Below, piece after piece: positions 27,273 through 40,111 of a stretch of DNA of 64,000 nucleotides (positions are counted from its first letter, which is position 1; the number at the start of each line of letters is the position of its first letter). This stretch comes from Nitrospirota bacterium. GTDB lineage: Bacteria > Nitrospirota > JACRHJ01. Position numbers and translations under genes: made by a program. The notes beneath the pieces were generated by a model that was not told where the DNA came from, ran no database searches, and worked only from the letters and a program-made list of their open reading frames with translations. The stretch lies in assembly GCA_963733375.1 (NCBI GenBank), contig CAVTDB010000020.1, positions 2,467 through 66,466 of the forward strand, read 5' to 3'.

Positions 27273-30200
27273 TTGAATTCGAACCGGTACTGAAGGTCTC
27301 CGCCGTAATGACCGAGTTCGTCCCTCTCGCCCACGAGGGACACGTTCTTGTTGAATATATATTCCAGCTTCACGTACTGGTCTTCGGATGTCCCGACGTT
27401 GGAGGAATATGTCAGGTAAAGTTTCTCGGAGAAAAGGCTCTTCCCCACGGTGAGCCTCGGCCCGCTGGACACCCCCGTGCTCGTCAGGTATGGGTCTATC
27501 TGGAACCGGTCGAACCCCGTGATCGTCTTCACACGGCTCTCCACGGCGTCCTGTATCTGCCCCGTCACGAAACCCGCGGCCTCGCCGGTGGTTATAGCCG
27601 CCTCATGCCCTTTCAGCCCTTCGGAAGTCCTGCCTACGGTCAACAGCGTGACGACGTCCGACTCCTCGAGCGGCGGGTCGGAAGTCAGGTTCACTTTTAC
27701 CCTGTCGAGCGTTCCCGTCAGCACCAGCGTTATAGTGTAATCCTGGACCTTCGTATCGGCCTGCAGGTCTATCAGCGGGTTGAACTTCTTCGGGTCCGCG
27801 AACTCCATCACCGCGTTCTGCAGTTTAAAGTCGTTGTTCCTGAAATATATCGAGCCGCTGCTGGCTTCCAGCCGCCCGATGAGTACCGGCTGGCTCGCGG
27901 TCCCGCGCACGTACACGTCCGCGGAGACCGGGACCTTCGCAAGGTTGTTGTCTATCTTTATGGTTTCCGCCGCCGTAACATGGAGGTCCAGGGAAATGTC
28001 CTTGAGACCCCCCTGCTTCTGCGGGGCCGGCAGGTTCCTCTTATTCTGTATCTGCACAAGCCAGCTCTTCCAGTCTATCCTCTGGGCATATCTCGCCTTG
28101 CGGACCGACACGTCGCCGCTGGCGTTCATCCTGCCCCCGACGCCCTCGAACCTTATGGACGCGTCCACCGTCGGGGTCAAACCTTCGATGGTATTCACCC
28201 TTATCCCGTCGGCCGCTATGTCAAACCCGAAGCTGTCGAACTGCCAGTCCTTGAAATTCCCGCTGCCTGTAGCCGACAACTTCCCGCCGCCGAACTCCGC
28301 ATTGAACTTCGTAATACGGAAGCTGGCGCCTTCAACATGCGCCTCGGCGTTCACCTTGTCGAACCTCTGCGGGAAGTCCTTTACCTTGAGCCCCGCGTCC
28401 GTGACCCGGACCGTCCCGGTGATCGCCGGGTTCATCAGGTCGCCTTTCACCCGGAGGTCCGCCTGGCCCTGCCCGCTTATATAATCCACGTCTCCTTTTA
28501 AAAAGGGCTTCAGCACGTCCAGTTCCGCCTTCGCCTTCACCACGGCGTCCACCTTGTCGATACCCGAGGCAACGCCGGAAGCCTCCAATGTAAGCTCATC
28601 CCCGCGGAGCCTGAACGATTTAAGGTCGAGCTTCCCGTCCCGGTAGCTTATGCGGATGTCGCCGTCGTTCGTGAGCTTCCTGCCCATGATAAGCGCATTG
28701 ACCTTCTTGAAATCCACATCCACGGAAGTGGCGGAAGGGTTTGAAAGTTCGCCGTTACCGGTGAAGACGCCTGTCGAGACGAGGGTGACATCTTCGGGCA
28801 GGCCCTTGTACGCCAGGCGAAGGAACGGCTCCAGCCTGCCGCCGCTAAAGACCATGCTTCCCGTCCATTTATATGGCCTTGACATCCCGAGCGATCCCGC
28901 TATGCTCACCTTCTTGTCCAGCACCGTGCCGTCAAGCTTTAAATTACCGTCCCACAAGTGCGCATCCACCTTGCCCGCGCCCAGGTCCACGTCCTGGAAA
29001 CTCAGTTTGAACGTGCTCATGGTCGCTTTGATCAGGGGCTTGTCGAACGTTCCCTGCCCGGTGACGGAGAACGAGACGCTGCCCTTTATGGGCGCTTTCG
29101 TATCCGCCAGCAGCTTTAAGTTCCCCAGGTTGAACTTTGCCGAGGAGGCCTTGCCGTGGAAGGTGTTGTCAAACCCGATCGCGCCGGAGCCCGTAACAAC
29201 GTCGTTGCCCCGCACGGCGACCACTTTCGGGAAACGTATTTCGTTTTCCGAAAGCACGGCCGTCACCTCGCCCTCGTCCAGCGGCTGGCCGTAAACGTCG
29301 CCCGCGCCGGTGACAAGCTTCGCGTCTCCCTTGAACTTCTTCACGGTCCCGGAGAAGTGCAGGTCGCCTTCGGCGCTCATGTTTATGGGTATGTCTTCAT
29401 AGAATATTGCGACGATGCCCCTTACGTCAACCTTGCGGACGGAGAGGCTTGCCTTGAAATAGGGATTATCGAAAGTCCCGCCTTCTCCCTTGAAAAATAT
29501 CGTGCCGTCAAGGACGAAGTTGCCGCTTTTGTGGTGCACCATGAAATCGCTGAAGGAGAGCTGCCAGCCGGAAAGCTTCACGTCCCCGTTTGCCACGGGG
29601 AACGATATGCCGTGTGCAACCGCGTCCGTTATTTTCGCCTTGCCGGTTATCGTCGGCTCAAGGATATTGCCCCGCATATAGGCGTCAAAGTCGAGCTTGC
29701 CGTGCACGTCGGAATATCCTATCATCGTCGATATGTCGGTTATGTCCTCCGAGCGGCCTTTTATCGCCATGTCGGAGGTCCCGTCGAATCCCACGACGCC
29801 CGCGAAAGATACGGTGGAATTTTTCGAGTAGACGAAACCCCGGTCAACCTGGATGAGCCCGCCGCCTATGCGGAAATCCACTTTGGCCTGCCTGACGGAA
29901 CTCAGTTCCGCGCTCACCCCTCTTTCGTCATGCGGCTTTTCGTATTTGACGGCTGAAACCGTGCCGGAAGCGGTTATGTCGGAGCTTTTAAAACCGGCGC
30001 CGGATATGCTGACGTCCCCGTCCAGGGTGTACCAGGGGATGAACTTGAGTTTCGGGTTGGAAGCGGTATAGCTGCCGCTTGACAGGCCGCTTAAGTTCCA
30101 CCGCGAGGTAAACGACGGCTTCGCGCCCGAAAAATCCACCAGGACGTCCCCCTTCGACTTTCCCGCCGAAAAGCCTGCTTTCAAGGCCCGATATCGAGAG

Positions 30201-31154
30201 CTTCCCCTTGTCGAGGATTACCTTGGAATAAAGGTCGTCTATCCTTACCCCCTGGTACGCGCCTTTCTTCAAGGAAAATTCGCCTTTCCCGGCCAGGGAT
30301 GGATATTTTCCGTTCAGGCGGCCTGAAAGTTTAACCAGGCCGGAAGGCGGAGTTTTCATCAGTCCAAGCCTGCCCATCAGCGCGAGGTCGGCCAGGGACG
30401 AGAATTTTATATCAAGCTCCGGCGCTCTCGCGGCCGTTACATGGCCGGAGAGTTCGAGCTTGGCCCCTTCCGCCTTCAGCCTTACGCCCTGGAGGTTAAT
30501 ACGGCCCCCGGCGTATTCGGCGTCTCCTTCCAGGCTGGCATGGACATTCGGACGGCCTTCCACCCTGGCGGCGATGTTATTGAATTTAAAACCGGTCCAG
30601 TAGCGCTCCCCGTTCATCCTGAAGTCCACGCCCGCGTCCCCGACTGAAAGGAATATTTTGTTCGCCGCGTCGGAGTACGAGCCGCGCGCGCCGAACAGGA
30701 CGATTTCGCGGACCTCTACTTTATACGCCCCGGGCTTCGGCTTCTTTTTTATAAGCTCGTTAATCTTGTCCCGGAGCGGGTCGATGTCAAGGTGTCCGTC
30801 CGGCAGGCGGGCAACGTCCAGAGATATCCCGTATACCTGCATCCGGCGGATGTATATCCGTTTGTTCAGAAGCGCGCTGAGGCCGACGTACGCACGGATT
30901 TTTTCCGCGCCGACGGACCTGCCCGGATTTTTCGGATCCCACCCTTTAACGTACGGCCTTTTCAAATCTATATAAGCCGGGAAGAAATTAAAGACAAGCC
31001 TGTCCATCCCGACATCGAGGCCCAGTTCCCGCTTTGCCTGGTCCAGGACATACGACCTGATTTTTCCCGAAAAATATTCCCCCCTCGTAAAGAGGTTCAT
31101 GCCCCCTACGAGCAGGGCGATGGCAAGCAATATGAATACAGCTCTTTTTTTCAA
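27269..31154 (-). CDS. tamB: translocation and assembly module protein TamB (DUF490 C-terminus), one frame break near 30180
   Basis: N-terminal TM anchor (MKKRAVFILLAIALLVGG), long beta-rich repeats and a C-terminal DUF490-like ...LTVGKSLFSEKLYLTYSS...LQYRFEFK. Adjacent to bamA. Confidence 0.8.
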
Positions 31155-31183
31155 ACTTGCAACTCGCGTTACCCGTGTATTTA

Positions 31184-33800
31184 TCAGCTTACCGCCTTCC
31201 GCAAAGCGTCTTTCAAAGCGGCTATGCGGTCGGTATCTTCCAGCTTATGCCTGAAAATGTCGGTGACATAGAATACGTCCACTATCTGGTCCACCTCGGT
31301 GTCCACTTTCGCGGACGATATCTGGCAGCCCTGGTTATACAGCTCCTTGGTAATATCGTAAAGGAGCCCCACCCTGTCCGGGGCGAAGACCTCGACGACC
31401 GTGAACTTGTCCGAGGCCTCGTTGTCCACCTCCACACGCACCGGCACGTCCTTCAGCGCCGTCCTTTTGGGATACGCGTGGGAGCGGGGCATCAGGTCTT
31501 CCACCCTCGCCTGGCCGCGGAGCAGGCTGATAAGACCTCGTTTCACGTCTTCCCATACCTGTTCGTCTTCCGCCGGTTTTTTATTGTAGTCCGTGACCTG
31601 AAGCGTATCGATTATTATGCCGTTTTTGCCCGTGAATATCTGGGCGGAAAGTATATTCAGACCCTTCGCGGCCAGGCCCCCGGCCGTCAGGTAAAGGAGC
31701 CCCATCATATCGTGCAGGATAACGGTCAGCTCCGTGTAGCCCCGATCGTACGTGCCGGTGGTCCAGGACGATGTCGCCGCCCCTTATGCCCCTGGAGAGA
31801 CTGAAATGAATCAAGGCCGTCTCGACGGGGACGGAAAGGACGTAGTTCGGCGGCAGGTTGTCCAGGAACTTCAATACTTCTTCCTTCTTCCCGGCGCCCT
31901 TCGACACGGCCTCGGCGGCGATATTCGCCCGAAGCTTCGCCAGCCGGTCTTTCTCGAATGCGAGCGACGAGACTTCATCCTTCAAGAAGGCCATCGCGCT
32001 GCCGTGCAGCTCCTTCAAGAGCATCATCTTCCAGTCGTTGAACATCTCCGGGCCTACCGCGGATATGTCCGCGTAAGTCAGGATGTAGAGCATGTCCAGA
32101 AGCTCCGGAGAGTCCACTATCCGGCAGAACTTTTCCACCACCTTGCGGTCGGACAGCTCTCTTCTTTTAGAGATGTGGTCCATCAGCAGATGGTTTCTGA
32201 TAAGGAACTCCACCTTATCCGCCCGTTCCTTCTCCATCCCCATCCGGATTGCCGCCTTATAAGCCAGCTTCGCGCCGGTCTCGGAATGCCCTTTGCCTTT
32301 GGCCTTTCCGCAGTCGTGCAAAAGGGCCGCGAGCATCAGCGCCTGCTTGTCTTTAACGCGCCTGAACGCCTCGGAGAATTCCGGGTACGACATGCCCTCG
32401 CCGGTCTGCATATCCTGGATTTTTTTGACAGCCAGCAGGGAGTGTTCGTCAACGGTGTACTTGTGATAGAGGTCGTGCTGGACGAGCGCGGAAACAGCCC
32501 CGAACTCCGGCAGGAACCTCCCCAATACCTTCATGCTGTGCATGTCGCTAAGCGTCTCGTGGAGCCTGTCCGTCCGCCCCAAAATCTCCAGGAACGTCCG
32601 GCCCGCGAGCGCCGAATCCCGCGTCTTCCTCATGATAAGGCCGGGCGCGTCGGCTATGGCGTCTTTTAAAAGGTCGCTCATCACCGCGCCCTGCGCCTGG
32701 CAGTGCGAATAAGCGAGAAGCACCGTCTCGGGCTTTGAATTTATCTCCGCCTTCGGGTCCCCGGAAAGACAGAGCTGCCTTCCCATCAGGAAGAAATTGT
32801 CATCCAGTTTCTTTTTGACGGGCGGAAAAATAAACCACTTCCTCTGCCTTCTCTTCTCCAGCGTCCTGTCGATTACCTCAAGCGAAATCTCCCGGACGCC
32901 CCTGGCCCGAAGATAATATGCCCGCATGAAATTTTCCGCCGCGACGGAAGTTTCACTCTCGCGGTATCCGAAGTCACGGGCGGCCTCTTCCTGCATGTCG
33001 AAAGTCAGCACGTCCTGCCTGTGGCCCGCCTTGAAATGCAGCTCGTTCCGAAGCCTTAGCAGATAGTCCCTGCAGCCCCGGAGCCTCCGGTATTCCCTGT
33101 CCTTGATTATCCCCTTATCCCGCAGTCCCTCAAGGCTGCCGGTCCCATGCTTCATCCGCGCTATCCAGAGCGCGGCGTGCACGTCCCGAAGCCCCCCCGC
33201 GCCCTCTTTTACATTCGGCTCCCGCAGGTATACGCTGTCGCCGTATTTTTTATGCCTCTTCGTGCGCTCGACAAGCTTCTCCCGGACGTATTCCTCCGCC
33301 TTCTTGTGGTTGATCGCCAGAGCCGTCTTCGCCCTGAAGTTCTCAAAGACCTGGGCCTCCCCGAGGATAGGCCGGGCCTCCATGAGGGAGGTCATTATGG
33401 TGACGTCCCCCTTCATGAGCGAGGCGCAGTCGTCCACGCTCCTGACGCTGTAGCCGATGTTCAGCCCCAGGTCCCACAAGAGGTGCAGGGCGCGCGAAGG
33501 GATGTCGTCGCCGCCGGACTTCACGCCCAGGAACATGATGTCTATGTCCGAGTGCGGGTTCAGCTCACCCCGCCCGTACCCGCCCACCGCGGCCAGCATC
33601 CAGCCGGAACTTTCAGGCGCGACGCCGGCTTCGGAGCATACCCTGGCAAAGGCCATCGACAGGAGCCTGTCCGTGCAGGCGGTTATCTCTTTTACGACCG
33701 CAAGGCCGCCCGCCCCCTTGAAATGGGAATCCCTGGCGATGGCTATCCCTTCGGCAAAATCCTTTTTAGCCGTCTCTATCCAGGAGGAAATTTCCAGCAC
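31184..33800 (-). CDS. glnD: [protein-PII] uridylyltransferase / uridylyl-removing enzyme, one frame break near 31700
   Basis: NTase motif GGYGRGELNPHSDIDIMFL, HD domain (LLHDCGKAKG) and two C-terminal ACT domains (31184-31708). Confidence 0.9.
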
Positions 33801-34263
33801 TCCCCGCTCGCCATGCTATTTCTTTTCCGCCTCGTCGCACGTAACGCATCCTCAGGTTGTAAAGAAGAGATTGCAGCATGTGGGATTCATCTTCCGTCAG
33901 GTTCCCTTTGGTCTTCTCCTCGAGGAGCGCAATCAGGTCTATCATCTGCTTCGCGCCGTGGAGGTCTTTTAATCCCTCAGGCTGGTCCGGGGCGACTTTC
34001 TCTCCCAGGTACATCAGGGCCGAAGCCCCAAGAGAGCCGACGAAGGAGATAAAGTCCACCGGAGGAAGCTCGCCTTCCGGATGCGAATGCTCGCCTTCCG
34101 GATGCGTATGCGGCCCGCCCTGCTCCGTATGTTTACCACCCTCCCCACCCGCGGGCGAGAAGTCGGGAGCGGGAGCTTCCTTGGAGGGTTCGCGTACCTG
34201 CTCGCCTTCCTGGTTGAATATCCTCTTATCCCTTACCTCGAATTTTTTATCCTCTTCGTCCAT
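33766..34263 (-). CDS. DUF1844-like protein (family name from memory)
   Basis: Acidic, His-rich N-terminus followed by VDFISFVGSLGASALMYLGE...AKQMIDLIALLEEKTKGNLTEDESHMLQSLLYNLRMRYV. The 3' tail overlapping glnD may be out of frame. Confidence 0.55.
   Translation of the reverse strand: MDEEDKKFEVRDKRIFNQEGEQVREPSKEAPAPDFSPAGGEGGKHTEQGGPHTHPEGEHSHPEGELPPVDFISFVGSLGASALMYLGEKVAPDQPEGLKDLHGAKQMIDLIALLEEKTKGNLTEDESHMLQSLLYNLRMRYVRRGGKEIAWRAGSAGNFLLDRDG
34069..34110. repeat. tandem 21-bp duplication (20/21 identical) inside the DUF1844-like gene
   Basis: CTCGCCTTCCGGATGCGAATG followed by CTCGCCTTCCGGATGCGTATG. Encodes the HPEGEHS/HPEGE repeat. Confidence 0.85.
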
Positions 34264-34273
34264 AGTGCCTCCT

Positions 34274-36010
34274 TTATCCCTTGTATTCTATTCCCGCCCA
34301 CCACTTCGGGTCCACGTCCGGGAAAATATCGTCGCGCTCCTTCGTCATTCCCAGGAACTCCCACTCGCCCTGGGCGACCTTCTCGCCGCGCCCGTATTTT
34401 TCCGCCATGTCGGCGAGCCTCTTGAACGTCGAAAAATGTTCCGTGAACCGCATCTCCGCGTAGTCCCTGGCGCTCCAGGTGCTGATAAGGAACTGCCAGT
34501 CCGAACTCTGGAGCAGAAGCAGCTCGCGGGCGGCCTGCTTGAGGATGTCCTGGAGGTTCTCGTCTTCCTTGTCCGCGAATTCACGGGCAAGCGACAGCAT
34601 CCTCGTCTCGGCCTCGTAGATATGCTTCCAGGTCCACTCGGTCCACTCGTTTAACCATATGTAATGGAACCCGCCCTCGCCCCACGAGCCTTCCGGGAGC
34701 GAGACCAGCTGGCCTTTTTTCTGGGCGGAGACATATTCGCCGCCGGTAACCAGGTCCACCTCGCCGTCCTCGGCGAAATTCTTTATCACATGGTAGAGCC
34801 ACTCCGGACCCTCGAACCACCAATGCCCGAAAAGCTCCGCATCGTAGGGCGCGGTCAGGATGCCGGGCGTCTTTTTATCCTTTAAATGCTCGGAGAGCGC
34901 CGCCTTCACCATCTCCTTGAAATGATATGCCTGCTCCGGGATGAATTTTTGCGCCATCTCCGGCTTGTAATTTTTTTTCTCCGCCAGGTCCGCCTTGATA
35001 TCGGTGACGGCCCAGTACCGAAGGCCGCCGGGGAAGCGTTTCTTGTGAAAATCCAGATACTGCGAGTTGCCGGGATAGCCGTGCTCGCCGCTCCATACCT
35101 GGAGGCCGGTCTTCGGGTCGCGGGTCAGTATCGCGACGGGCTTTTTCCCCGGCTTCGTCCCCACGAAATATACGTCGTAGGGCGATTTTTCCGGGTCCAG
35201 CGGGCGGGGCTTGAACCCCTTGGCGAACTCTCCCCAGAGCTTTTCCAGCGCCTCGAACCTGTCCAGGTACACGCCTATCGGCTTGCCGCCTTCCAGCATG
35301 TGCGAGTCCACGATGAAGTACTGGATGCCGTTCTCGCTTAAGAACTCCTCGACCCCTTTGCGGTCGTAAGGTTCAAGGCCCGGCGAGGGCACGGGGGCGG
35401 TCCATTTGTATCCCGGCCGGTACGCGCACTCCGGAAGCCACATGCCCTTGGGCTTTCTTCCGTAGTTTCTGCGGTACGAGGCCACCGCCTGCTTCACCTG
35501 CGCCTGGATGCTCTCGTCGCGCGAGAGAAGCGGAAAATATCCGTGGGTCGCGCCGCAGGTTATTATCTCGATATGCCCCTGCCTCTGGTAATCGGCGAAC
35601 GCCTTTACGACGTCGCGCTTGTACTTGTTATTGAACGCATCCAGGGCGCCGCCGTAGAAATCCTCCCACATCTTCGCGACCTTCGCGAGACCCGGCTCTT
35701 TTATCTTCTTGAATTCCGCAATGTCCGCCTGCGCCGCCTCGATTTTATTCTCCAGGTATCCCACGAATTCGTCGTGGAAGCCTTTGTTTTTGAGCATTTC
35801 GGTCAGGACGGGCGTGATACCCAGGGTAATCTTCGGCGATATGCCCTCATCGACCAACCGGCCGATGACATTAAGGATCGGGATATAGGTTTCGGCCATC
35901 GCCTCGTTAAGCCAGTCGGTGCCGTGCGGCCACCGGCCATGAGAGAGGACATACGGGAGGTGCGAGTGCAGGACGAACGTGAAGCTTCCCAATTTTTTGC
36001 GAGCGGCCAC
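34274..36010 (-). CDS. GH57-family 1,4-alpha-glucan branching enzyme
   Basis: Intact 578 aa. N-terminus FTFVLHSHLPYVLSHGRWPHG...WLNEA and the overall layout are typical of GH57 plus the DUF1957 C-terminal domain. Confidence 0.85.
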   Translation of the reverse strand: MAARKKLGSFTFVLHSHLPYVLSHGRWPHGTDWLNEAMAETYIPILNVIGRLVDEGISPKITLGITPVLTEMLKNKGFHDEFVGYLENKIEAAQADIAEFKKIKEPGLAKVAKMWEDFYGGALDAFNNKYKRDVVKAFADYQRQGHIEIITCGATHGYFPLLSRDESIQAQVKQAVASYRRNYGRKPKGMWLPECAYRPGYKWTAPVPSPGLEPYDRKGVEEFLSENGIQYFIVDSHMLEGGKPIGVYLDRFEALEKLWGEFAKGFKPRPLDPEKSPYDVYFVGTKPGKKPVAILTRDPKTGLQVWSGEHGYPGNSQYLDFHKKRFPGGLRYWAVTDIKADLAEKKNYKPEMAQKFIPEQAYHFKEMVKAALSEHLKDKKTPGILTAPYDAELFGHWWFEGPEWLYHVIKNFAEDGEVDLVTGGEYVSAQKKGQLVSLPEGSWGEGGFHYIWLNEWTEWTWKHIYEAETRMLSLAREFADKEDENLQDILKQAARELLLLQSSDWQFLISTWSARDYAEMRFTEHFSTFKRLADMAEKYGRGEKVAQGEWEFLGMTKERDDIFPDVDPKWWAGIEYKG

Positions 36011-36113
36011 TTTTCACCTGTAGATAAGTTGTTAGAAAAACAGGGAGTTTAAGCGTTAATTTTCGCACAAAAGGGGGAATTTATCAAGGGGAAATGCGGG
36101 TTTTCGGAAAGGG

Positions 36114-36283
36114 TTAATCTTCGACGATGGCCCCGGAGGGGCATGATTCCATGCAGGACGCGCACTCGATGCATTTGCCGGTTATTTTAAATGCGGCCCC
36201 GGACGCCTCGATGGCATCGCTTGGGCACTCTTCCCGGCACGCGCCGCAGGCGATGCACTGGTCTTGTAAAATAACAAAGGACA

Positions 36284-36284
<1 letters not shown>
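36114..36284 (-). CDS. 2x[4Fe-4S] ferredoxin (56 aa, below the ORF-track cutoff)
   Basis: Own translation: MSFVILQDQCIACGACREECPSDAIEASGAAFKITGKCIECASCMESCPSGAIVED, with two CxxCxxCxxxCP motifs. The ATG overlaps the frr stop (TAATG). Confidence 0.8.
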
Positions 36285-38215
<1,931 letters not shown>

Positions 38216-38241
38216 CTCTGAAATTCCTCCAACAATCTTAG

Positions 38242-38318
38242 TAACTCCCCCTTAAGTCCCCCTCTTTAGAAGCGACCCATCGGAATGGGTGCCCCGGAGG
38301 GGTATTAAGGGGGAGTTA
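38242..38318. repeat. 77-nt nested inverted-repeat element in the rpsB-tsf spacer
   Basis: A perfect 14-bp outer stem TAACTCCCCCTTAA (38242-38255) / TTAAGGGGGAGTTA (38305-38318). An inner partial pairing, plus the hairpin ACCCAT-cgga-ATGGGT (38275-38290). No U-run follows on the transcribed strand. Confidence 0.7.
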
Positions 38319-38332
38319 TGAGAATTTTTATA

Positions 38333-39148
38333 TTACACGACCCCCGCGTCCCCAGCTTCGGCGGCGGTATCAGACTCATGCGCGGCGGGCACCTCCGGCT
38401 TCTCGCCGGTCTCCTCTTCCACGGACGCCATGGAGGCGGCTACACGGCCTTCCACCTTGTCCTTGTGCCTCTGCTGGCCTTCGGTTACGGCATCGGCCAT
38501 CTTCGAGGCGATAAGCTTTATCGCGCGGATAGCGTCGTCGTTTCCGGGGATTACGTAGTCTATTACTTCCGGGTCGCAGTTGGTGTCCACTATACCCACC
38601 ACCGGGATGCCAAGGCGCCTCGCCTCCAGGACCGCTATGGCTTCCTTGCGGGGGTCCACCACGAACACCGCGCCGGGAAGCCTGGGCATGTCTTTTATTC
38701 CGCCCAGGTTCTTCAGGAGCTGCAGGCGCTTCTTCTCGAGAGAGGATACCTCTTTTTTGCTTATCTTTTCGTAGGTGCCGTCCTCTTTCATCTTTTCGAG
38801 CTTGCGGAGCTTTTCGATGCCCTTCTTCAATGTCTCGAAGTTCGTCAGCATGCCGCCCAGCCAGCGCTGGTTGACGTAATACTGGCCGCAGCGGCCGGAC
38901 TCCTCGGCAATCGAGTCCTGCGCCTGTTTTTTCGTGCCGACGAAAAGGACCGGTTTTCCTTCCGCGGCCACGTCAGACACGAAATTATACGCCTCCTTGA
39001 ACTTCCGGAGCGTCTTCTGAAGGTCGATTATGTATATGCCGTTTCTCTCCCCGAAGATGTACTTCTTCATCTTGGGGTTCCACCTCTTCGCCTGATGGCC
39101 GAAATGCACTCCGGCCTCAAGGAGCTCCTTCATCGTAATTACCGCCAC
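38333..39148 (-). CDS. rpsB: 30S ribosomal protein S2
   Basis: [27 protein letters not shown]... GTG start at 39148 behind GGAGGTG. The track start at 39178 is probably too far upstream. Confidence 0.95.
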   Translation of the reverse strand: MAVITMKELLEAGVHFGHQAKRWNPKMKKYIFGERNGIYIIDLQKTLRKFKEAYNFVSDVAAEGKPVLFVGTKKQAQDSIAEESGRCGQYYVNQRWLGGMLTNFETLKKGIEKLRKLEKMKEDGTYEKISKKEVSSLEKKRLQLLKNLGGIKDMPRLPGAVFVVDPRKEAIAVLEARRLGIPVVGIVDTNCDPEVIDYVIPGNDDAIRAIKLIASKMADAVTEGQQRHKDKVEGRVAASMASVEEETGEKPEVPAAHESDTAAEAGDAGVV

Positions 39149-39308
39149 TTTGCACCTCCGATTGGTTTTTGCCTCCACCCCGGTTTGCGAAGGGAACTCT
39201 CAGAAACCGCCGGAATAACCGGCCGATTCATGAAAGCACCGCCCTACGGTTATGGCCCGGGGTGTGCGAGATAGATACCCGGCCTGTAATCAGCCGGGAA
39301 ACCTGCAA

Positions 39309-39337
39309 TTTATAACATAAAGCTCGCGGTATTGCAA
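39309..39337 (-). promoter_or_regulatory. candidate sigma70 promoter of the rpsB-tsf-pyrH-frr operon
   Basis: On the minus strand: TTGCAA (39337-39332), a 17-nt spacer, then TATAAA (39314-39309). Implies a leader of about 150 nt. Confidence 0.4.
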
Positions 39338-39345
39338 GGTCTTTT

Positions 39346-40053
39346 TCAGAAATGGTAACCCTTGTACCCTTCCGTGAATTCCTCGTCTTTAAGTCCGGTG
39401 TTTACTTTTAAATCACTGTACCCGTAGCTTTCCAGGAACTCGTCTCCCGGCCCGAAAATCTTTATTTTTATCGGCAGGTTAAGCTCCTTGTCAACCCATA
39501 TCTCCATTTTCGGGGCATAATACCCTTCAGCCGGCGTCTCTTTTACGATATGCCAGGCCCTGCGCCCGTAAACCTCATCCTCCCCCAAAAACTTGAGCTT
39601 CAGCTCCCCCCGTTCCCTGCCGCGCTTAAGGTCTTTATCCAATATTTCAATGAGTCTGCCTATCCCCGCGTCGGTTATGGGATGCCGGTTCCCCTTCATG
39701 GCGATATTCCCGGTAGGCTCCATATGAAGCGTAATGAAGCCGATTATCCCTCCCTCGTGCCCGATTACCTTGCCGCCATTCTCGCCGCGGACGTAGAGCG
39801 ACTCTCTTCCCTCGTGAGGGCCGGGGAGCCAATGCAGATATATTTTAAAAGGCTTTTTGAACTTGAGCTGGATTTTTTCCTCGGGCAGGACCGTCCCTTT
39901 CACCCGCTCCTGCTTGTAAAAAACAGCCGTGTAGTCATCTACCTTCGAATAGGCGCCGCTCATCCCGTTTAAAATCTCCGCGGGGTCCTGTGCAGAGGCC
40001 GGGACGGATATAATAAGAAAAAGGGAAAAGGCTATAAAAATCATTTTTGCCAT
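39346..40053 (-). CDS. exported DUF1571-like protein (family name from memory)
   Basis: Sec signal peptide MAKMIFIAFSLFLIISVPASA-QD. LolA-like beta-rich body (YTAVFYKQERVKGTVLPEEKIQLKFKKPFKIYLHW). Confidence 0.55.
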   Translation of the reverse strand: MAKMIFIAFSLFLIISVPASAQDPAEILNGMSGAYSKVDDYTAVFYKQERVKGTVLPEEKIQLKFKKPFKIYLHWLPGPHEGRESLYVRGENGGKVIGHEGGIIGFITLHMEPTGNIAMKGNRHPITDAGIGRLIEILDKDLKRGRERGELKLKFLGEDEVYGRRAWHIVKETPAEGYYAPKMEIWVDKELNLPIKIKIFGPGDEFLESYGYSDLKVNTGLKDEEFTEGYKGYHF

Positions 40054-40111
40054 CGATGGACGCTCCTCATATGTTATCTTATTAATAATAGCCTAAAGGG
40101 AGGTTTTCTAC

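Noticed and set aside
22582-32669. Other long antisense ORFs: 22582-23751, 25091-26137, 27308-28501, 29156-29956, 31752-32669. The same applies to 33147-34052, 37544-38185 and 38318-39274.
   Set aside because: Each lies opposite a confidently identified gene (nfeD, bamA, tamB, glnD, tsf, rpsB) and has low-complexity Arg/His/Pro-rich translations. I treat them as non-coding shadows.
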